In this document: positions 34,960 to 42,176 of the stretch, piece by piece
Numbering within the stretch: position 1 is the first letter of the stretch
How the letters are laid out: each line of letters begins with the position of its first letter
From: Chiloscyllium plagiosum
Lineage: Eukaryota
NCBI RefSeq assembly: GCF_004010195.1
Contig: NC_057753.1
Span: 2,676,881 to 2,719,056 of the forward strand
Reading direction: 5' to 3'
Length of the DNA stretch: 42,176 bases
Translations under genes and position numbers: made by a program
Notes under the pieces: model-generated
Told to the model about the DNA's origin: nothing
The model's input: only the letters and a program-made list of their open reading frames with translations
The model's database searches: none

Positions 34960-36035
34960 TTGGATACAAATTGGGCTCGAAGGTGTGAAGCAGACCGTGA
35001 TGGTTGAAGGTTGTTTCTCGAACTGGAAGCCTGCGACAACTAATGGTGTGCCAGAGATGTCTGTGCAGGGACCTTTGTTATTTGTTGATTACATAAATGA
35101 CCAAGATGTGAACGTACAAGGCATGATTAGTGATTTGTGGGTAAAATAAATTAGGAGGTATCGTTGATAGCGTGAAAGGGTATCAAAAATTGCAGCAGGT
35201 TCTTGATCAGTGGGCTTAGGACTGTCAATTTCAATTCAATGCAGATAAGTTTGAGGTGTTGCATTTCGGAAAGTTAAATCAAGGTACGACTTACATAGAA
35301 AATGGTAAGGTCCTGTGGAGTTGTGTGGAACAGAGGAACCTTAATTCAAATACATAGTTCTTTCACAGTGGCATCACAAGTCGACAGGTTAGTGAAGAAA
35401 ACATTTAGCATGCTGACCTGCACCTGTCGAAACATTGAGTAAAAGAATTGAGACGTTATCCTACTGTTGTGTATATCGTTGGTGATGCTGTACTCGGAGT
35501 ATTGTTTACAGTTTTGGTCACCCTGTTGTAGTAAACACATAGTTAAACGAGAAAGAGTGGAAGAAAGATTTACGTGTATGTTACCAAGACTAGTTGACCT
35601 GATTTACAAGGAAAGTTTGTTCAAGATGAGACTTTATTTCTTGGTACTTTGGAGAATGAGAGGTTACCTCATTGATTTGTAGAGACTCATGAGGGTCATA
35701 GATATCGTGATTGCATTTTGACTTTTTCCCAGGGATGGAGATTTGCAAACTAAATGCCATAGGTCTAAGCATGGAGAGGTAAAGATTTAACATAGACCTG
35801 AGGGGCAACGTCTTCATGCAGAGAGTGATGCGTAAAGGGAATGAACTGCCAGAGAAAGCGGCTGAGGCAGGGACAAGAGCAACATTTTTTTAAATGAATA
35901 GCTACATGGACGGGAAGAGTGTCAAGTGATATGGACCAAATGCGGACAATTGGAACGAGCTGAGTGGCCATCATAATCAGCATGGAACAGCTTGGGCCGA
36001 AGGGTGCACTTTAACACTCTGTGACTTTATGACTG
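34960..36035 (+). mobile_element. CR1 LINE 3' portion (decayed RT and 3' UTR)
   Basis: GVPEMSVQGPLLFVDYIND, KFEVLHFG, YSEYCLQFWSP..ERVEERFTCMLP, then a CR1 3' UTR. Confidence 0.88.
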
Positions 36036-37316
36036 TAAAAGGAAAAAAGGTCATACGCAGAGTAGTGGAACTGGGTTAGTTTGGGAAACGTCGTCACCAT
36101 GTACAAGGGTCTGTTTCCATGCTGTATGACGCTATGGCTTCATGACTGATGGTCATCTCGAACTATGACGACTTAAACTTTTTTATAATGTATATGATTC
36201 CCCTCCACATTCCCTGAATCTGCATTTTTCGCCAATTTGATATTTATGTCACCGCATAACGCTTCCATGATACTTCTTCACTTTCAAATGCCTTTATTTT
36301 TAAAGGTCCTGAGGCAGTTAACAGATTATATTTATACATAAGCTGGTCATTCATTCTGTCAGTTATCTGTCTCTGTCTTTCTATGTAACCTGTCAGCCTG
36401 TATATCTGATCAGCTTTGTTTTTCTCTGATGCTTATTGTTTCTTTCTGATTGAAGACACTCTGGGATGGAACGTTTCTCTGTCTAGTGACTATAATAATA
36501 TCAGGATTATTTCCAATTTGCGCCTTGCTGCGATATTTCTAACCTACAATTATGATGATGAAAGGGATTAGAAGTCAATAAAACAATTGAAAACACAAGT
36601 CATTACGTATTCGAGCAGGTTCTTGTCTCTGATAGACAAAATATGCATATTTTAAGCGTCCAATTTGCAGTCTCCAGAGATGAGGCACTTCTGCTACGGG
36701 ACAGCTCAGGAAACGGAGAACCGTTCTCTCTTGAAGAATGGAAAGTTATAATTTAACTAAACTGCTCAAAATTCTGAGACATTTGAGCAAAATACATTAT
36801 CAGCAAATTTCTGCCAAAAACTATAGAGCAAAGATTGAACTTAGAAAAGCAACGTTAGATATTAAATGCAGCTTATGTTTCAGCTATGTAGTGGACTGCT
36901 GTGAGTGCAGTAGACACTGCGTTAAATCATATGGCTACATATTAAACAGTTCCAAACAAAAACAAACATAAGCAAGGCGTGAGAACAAATGCCTGCACAT
37001 GAAATGCAAACTGAATTATCTCTGTACATGTGCTGCTCAGATTTTGTTCAGTGGGAATATTAAATGTCATTTTAAAGAAAAAATCAGGTTTCTGCCATTG
37101 GTTTTTCATCAAGCAAGCTTTTTCTTTTACATTTCCAAACTGAATGAAGTAATACTGTGCATATCCTTGGTTCTAAGTTTAAGGACGCCTGCTTGGATTG
37201 ATTCTGAGTGATGACCTGAATTTGTGTCACAAGTATAGCTTCAGAATTTGTTTACAGCAAGTAACTTTGAGAGATTGTTGTGAACATAAAATTGAACGTC
37301 AAAACGATATAGAGTA

Positions 37317-37456
37317 TATGTTACCAAGACTAGTTGACCTGATTTACAAGGAAAGGTTGGTCAAGATGGGACTTTATTTCTTGGAACTTAGGAGAATGAG
37401 GGGTTACCTCATTGATTTGTAGAGACTCATGAGGGTCATAGATATCATGAATGCAT
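37317..37456 (+). repeat. 140-bp local direct duplication of 35577..35716
   Basis: 8 mismatches in 140 nt with no indels. Confidence 0.93.
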
Positions 37457-38049
37457 ATATCAAGTGGAAAATGAAATTTAATTCATTGAACAGTAAAGAG
37501 TTTATTTGTTGTTCAGGAAAGTTTAGACAATACTCAAAGAGAACATGTTTCTACAACGCCTTCAAAAGCAAGACAGAAACAAAGGCTTGTGCTTTCAAAT
37601 GTGCACAGGTTTGAGAACGCGTCATTGAACATAGATGCCCATTTGAAATTCACATACAATATTCCGGAATTTATACATTGACTCGCTGAGAACACGTACA
37701 AAATATATTACATCAAACCAATGTAACACAGTGGCTTGCCGAAACTGACGAATTCTATTCTGTTATGAACCCTACTCTTTGACAAAAGTTATAAATATTG
37801 GCTGGAGTCCATTAAATATCAACGAGACCATTTCGAGGGAGGCACTTCTGCTACGTAGATGGCAGAGAAGTTGGAACTGTTCTTTCCTGCAGAACACAAA
37901 GTTGTGATTTAGCTGAGGTCTTCAAAATCCTGAATGATTTGGGCAGAGCAGGTAGTCAGACAGTTCCTATTGATGGAAGGACGACCAAAGCAAAAGGTCA
38001 AAAGTTGTATACAATCGTTAAAAGAAGCAAAAACATCATTATAATCGCT

Positions 38050-38325
38050 TAAATCCTCTCGTGTGGCACAAAAACATTCAGCCCATCGAATCTGCACTGA
38101 TCCTTTGAAGAATGTACCAGCAGACCGAGCCCCGAACCTACGTACGCATTTACCACGGCTAAGCTACGCATCTTTGGATTGTGAGAAGAAAGTGGCACAG
38201 CCGATAGTTACCCAGACAGACATTGGAAGAAATTCCCTGTTTACCGTCGCCAAGATTGGAATCAAAACCAAGTTCCAAATGCTGTGAGGTAGTCCTGATA
38301 ACTATTGAGCGGCCTTGGCACCAGT
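38050..38325 (-). mobile_element. Decayed HE1/V-SINE-type SINE
   Basis: The reverse complement carries a degenerate V-domain and tRNA head (gcatctttggattgtgagaagaaa..acccagacagacattggaagaa..attggaatcaaa). Confidence 0.55.
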
Positions 38326-38459
38326 TGAAAGCAAATACTTTTTTATAAAGAACATTTACTTGTGATATTTAATGCACTGCTAAAGAGCATTATAACATTC
38401 AAAAGCGAATAGACAACCAGCCTGGTATTTTCCTCTGAAACCAAAGTTTTCCTTTATCA

Positions 38460-39594
38460 GTAATGATGTTTGTTCTTATTGCACAATAATCAGACCAAAC
38501 TATCCAGGCATCACCCACATTCTGCTGTATGCCACTAACGCTTCAAACAGTTATTCTGTCATATGTTACACACTTCAGGTAGCGTCATCATCTTATTCAC
38601 ATCGATTCCTTATGTCGAGCCTTGCATATTTTTTTCACTTTTGGCAGGTCAAATTGAACTCAGTTCTGACCTTAAAGTTTAAAAGTAAACCTTTATTTCA
38701 AATCATCCATTCTCAGGCCAATGGTGTTGACGGATTTTTTTTTATCTAATTTTAATCAGGAAACAATTTTGGTTAGTTTCGAAAGTGTGGTGCATAACTG
38801 GAACGAGCTGCCATGAAATGAGGCTTCCTAATATTCAACACTTAGGTCACATCGTAACATCCTTTTTGCAAAAAAAAAAGAAAATTGCATGGCAATGAAC
38901 TGAGGAATTTCCTGGAAATTTCTGATGTAGATATTATCATAAAATGAAACGTTTACAGTAGAACGCAATAAGTTGGAACCACACTATATCACTTCAAGTC
39001 TTTCACAGGAATGCAGTTTGATGCGATTTGTCATCCATATTCCGTTCATTCTCATCACTGCAAAGCATTCAAGTTTATCATTGACTGAGAAATTCAAAAA
39101 GATTGCATTCGATAACACTTGCATAAAGTTATGTTAATATCATTCAGAGAAACTGTTTTGTCCTCCACATGAACAGTCAAAATAGAACAAAAGCATATCC
39201 GATTCAGATAGCCACTGCATTCTGCACTTTCATTCTCATTTCTTGATGTCAAAATATTCCCAAGAGCAGGTCACGCATTAGGAATATTCTAACATTCAAA
39301 ATGTTTAAAAATCATCTATTTTTCAATTCATCAAATTGCGAAAAACACTTAACTGCATCTGACTTGTCAATCCTTTTTACGTAAAATATGGGTTTCTCTT
39401 ATGACACTACAGGAGAGAACAAATGTTCTGGTTGACCAATACCAATTCACAGAACTATCCTGACATCACGGAAGCAAGAATCTTTATTTCGCTCTTTCTT
39501 TGGGTGTAATCTCCATTCTGTGGTAAGGAGAGTGATACTGTGCAAAGTACTCGACGTATGACCTGAACAATGTTTTGTTGAGACTAACCTTAGA
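38460..39594 (+). repeat. Diverged paralog of the gene A upstream spacer 9017-12890 (same orientation, lacking several insertions)
   Basis: Colinear blocks: 38465-38820 with 9017-9430, 38890-39110 with 11430-11660, and 39145-39594 with 12435-12890. Confidence 0.85.
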
Positions 39595-40094
39595 NNNNNN
39601 NNNNNNNNNNNNNNNNNNNNNNNNNNNNNNNNNNNNNNNNNNNNNNNNNNNNNNNNNNNNNNNNNNNNNNNNNNNNNNNNNNNNNNNNNNNNNNNNNNNN
39701 NNNNNNNNNNNNNNNNNNNNNNNNNNNNNNNNNNNNNNNNNNNNNNNNNNNNNNNNNNNNNNNNNNNNNNNNNNNNNNNNNNNNNNNNNNNNNNNNNNNN
39801 NNNNNNNNNNNNNNNNNNNNNNNNNNNNNNNNNNNNNNNNNNNNNNNNNNNNNNNNNNNNNNNNNNNNNNNNNNNNNNNNNNNNNNNNNNNNNNNNNNNN
39901 NNNNNNNNNNNNNNNNNNNNNNNNNNNNNNNNNNNNNNNNNNNNNNNNNNNNNNNNNNNNNNNNNNNNNNNNNNNNNNNNNNNNNNNNNNNNNNNNNNNN
40001 NNNNNNNNNNNNNNNNNNNNNNNNNNNNNNNNNNNNNNNNNNNNNNNNNNNNNNNNNNNNNNNNNNNNNNNNNNNNNNNNNNNNNNNNNNNNNN
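39595..40094. other. Assembly gap (500 N)
   Basis: Run of exactly 500 N. Confidence 1.
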
Positions 40095-42176
40095 CAGTCT
40101 CTGTTTTTGACACAGGCCTGCCATCCTAGGAATCATTCTGGCAAATAATCATTGCGTTCTCTCCTCAGTCAAAAGATTCACTGGTCTCACTCAGGCCCTA
40201 TTCAAAAACTGAAAGAAATCCCTGCTCTTGTATTCTACCCTTAAATTAATAAGTTCAAAATCACCCAACATACGGTTCTAGTTCAACAGTTTGACGATAA
40301 CCTGCTGTTGTGAGTTTTTAAATTTTGTCCCCCTAAGTCCAACACCGGCATCGCGACATCATTGTATCCATTATGTACTGAAAATGTGTTGCTGGAAAAG
40401 CAACAGGAAGGGCTCATGCCCGAAACGTCGATTCTCCTGCTCCTTGGATGCTGCCTGACCTGCTGCGCTTTTCCAGCAACACATTTTCAGCTCTGATCTC
40501 CAGCATCTGCAGTCCTCACTTTCCCCTATCCATTATGTACGCCAAGATGTAATCTGCATTCTTCACAGTCAATACACAGTAGTAACAAACGTCATAATAA
40601 CTTCCTTTCTGCTTCAAATTCGTGAAATTATTTTCTGCTGGATTATTTTCAAATTTCTAAACTTCAGTCTTTCGGCTTCGAGAAACAGTCAGAAGACAAC
40701 GATTATTCAATCATTAACAATACCATTTTAAGATAAATGCAAACTATATTAAAACAATTTTTAATCTGAAGCCATTCATTCAGAAGCACAACCGAATTTC
40801 CTCGGCAGTTTGATCCTCAGAAAATTTGGTTTAAGTTCCTATGATCATTGTTTTGTTGTCTTGCCAATTTCAGTTTCCAATTTCAGAAGCATTATATTCC
40901 AAATCCAGTTGAACATTCAAACATCAGCCATTTTCGATAAAGTTTACTGCTCCTGTTTATTGCCTGAAAATCTATCTCACAATTGCATGAGTAGTCTCCT
41001 ATTATTTGTGTGTAGTTCTTGGATGCAACAGTTTGATATCGCCAAAGGTCTTATGTCATGTCATTGCCAAAGCATATGCTATCTACATCTGTTGTTGTGC
41101 ATGTTTGAATTAGAGATCTACGGTTTTCCAGATAGCTACAAATACATAGAATTCAAACTAAGTTAGGATGCCAGCTTACTTCTGTAAAGAACATTAATGA
41201 GTCCGATGGTTTTCCCCCGACAATCGACAATTGATTCACGGTCATCTTGAGACTCTTAATTTCGGGTTTTTATTTAATTCAATTTCTGCCATCTCCCTTG
41301 GCAGGTTCCAACATGGGGTATTACCCTGGTTCTTATATTGCAGCGAGAACAGCATTATGCAATCGCCCCCGTTAGCGCATTGATGTGTATAAGCAGCTGA
41401 TCATTCGGCAGAAATAGGCTTGGCAGCCTGAATCGACTTGTGGAACGGTGGCTACTTTGTTTACACTACATTAGAGTAAAAGGAAGAAACTTAAGAACGG
41501 AGATAAGGATAAACTGTCTGTGCGCAGTTTGTACATTCTCCCTGCTTCAGCGGGGGTTTGCTCCAGGTCCTGCGCTTTTCTCCAACAGTCCAAGTATTTT
41601 AAGTTTAGGTGGACAGTCCATGGGGAATGCCGGGAAACGGTTGGGGTTGTGCCTGGTGAGATATTTTTCGTGGGATCTGTTTGGACTCGCCTGTCCGAAT
41701 GACATGTTTTCACAGCAGGATTTTAACTTTGATTTGTTTCTCAGCAATATTTCATTCATGCAAGCGAATTTTCAACAAGAGACTGTCACGTGACAGTTCA
41801 AGACGATTACGTAAGCAAACAATGTAAGATTTATTTTGATATAAACTCTTATTCACCTTCAGATTGTCCAAAATTCATGCAAAAGAAACAATTAGAGATA
41901 CTGTACACGGCAAAGCCTTTGGACTCTGTCAGCATTATGGTAATTGTAATGAAGGTCTGTGCTCCAGAATTTGTTGTACTCTTCGCCAAACTATTGTTTA
42001 AGCCACAATACTGTCATCTCCCGACAATTTGAGAAATCAACCAGATATGCCCAGTGCACAAAAATCAGGAGAAGTCCACCATGACCAATTACCGCCCATT
42101 CAGTCGACTCTCCATCGCCACGAATGGAATGTTTAATCAACAGTGCTAGAAAAGAGCTGTTAAGGTTTTATCTGCT
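40095..42176 (+). repeat. Diverged paralog of ~1565-4055 (inverted relative to the gene A upstream region 14450-17240)
   Basis: Colinear matches, for example 40600-41200 with 1890-2475, 41240-41460 with 2585-2815, and 41510-42105 with 3450-4050. Confidence 0.88.
40379..40526 (+). mobile_element. Fold-back element, partly deleted, with 14-bp TSD
   Basis: TSD tatccattatgtac (40365-40378 and 40527-40540). The empty paralogous site is at ~1809-1822. Confidence 0.9.

Overview
This is AT-rich, repeat-dense vertebrate genomic DNA. The repeat families (HE1/V-SINE-type SINEs, CR1 LINEs, Penelope-like elements, Gmr1-like Gypsy) point to a cartilaginous fish (shark); that assignment is an inference. 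Three contigs are joined by two gaps of exactly 500 N (4230-4729, 39595-40094). The window is part of a tandem cluster of two-exon GPR139/GPR142-like class A GPCR genes. It holds one intact gene (join 17831..17900,19804..20714, 326 aa), one pseudogene (29352..~32231), a near-identical inverted copy of exon 1 and its upstream region (1-4229), and further paralogous spacer blocks (38460-39594, 40095-42176). The spacers carry two decayed Gmr1-like Gypsy elements (integrase before RT; SCAN-like Gag) with nested solo-LTR, CR1 and Penelope insertions. They also carry a family of short fold-back elements that, like the Penelope copies, contain minimal hammerhead-ribozyme cores (CUGANGA...GAAAC-GUC). 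There are no prokaryotic genes, CRISPR arrays or rRNA genes. All identity figures were estimated by eye.
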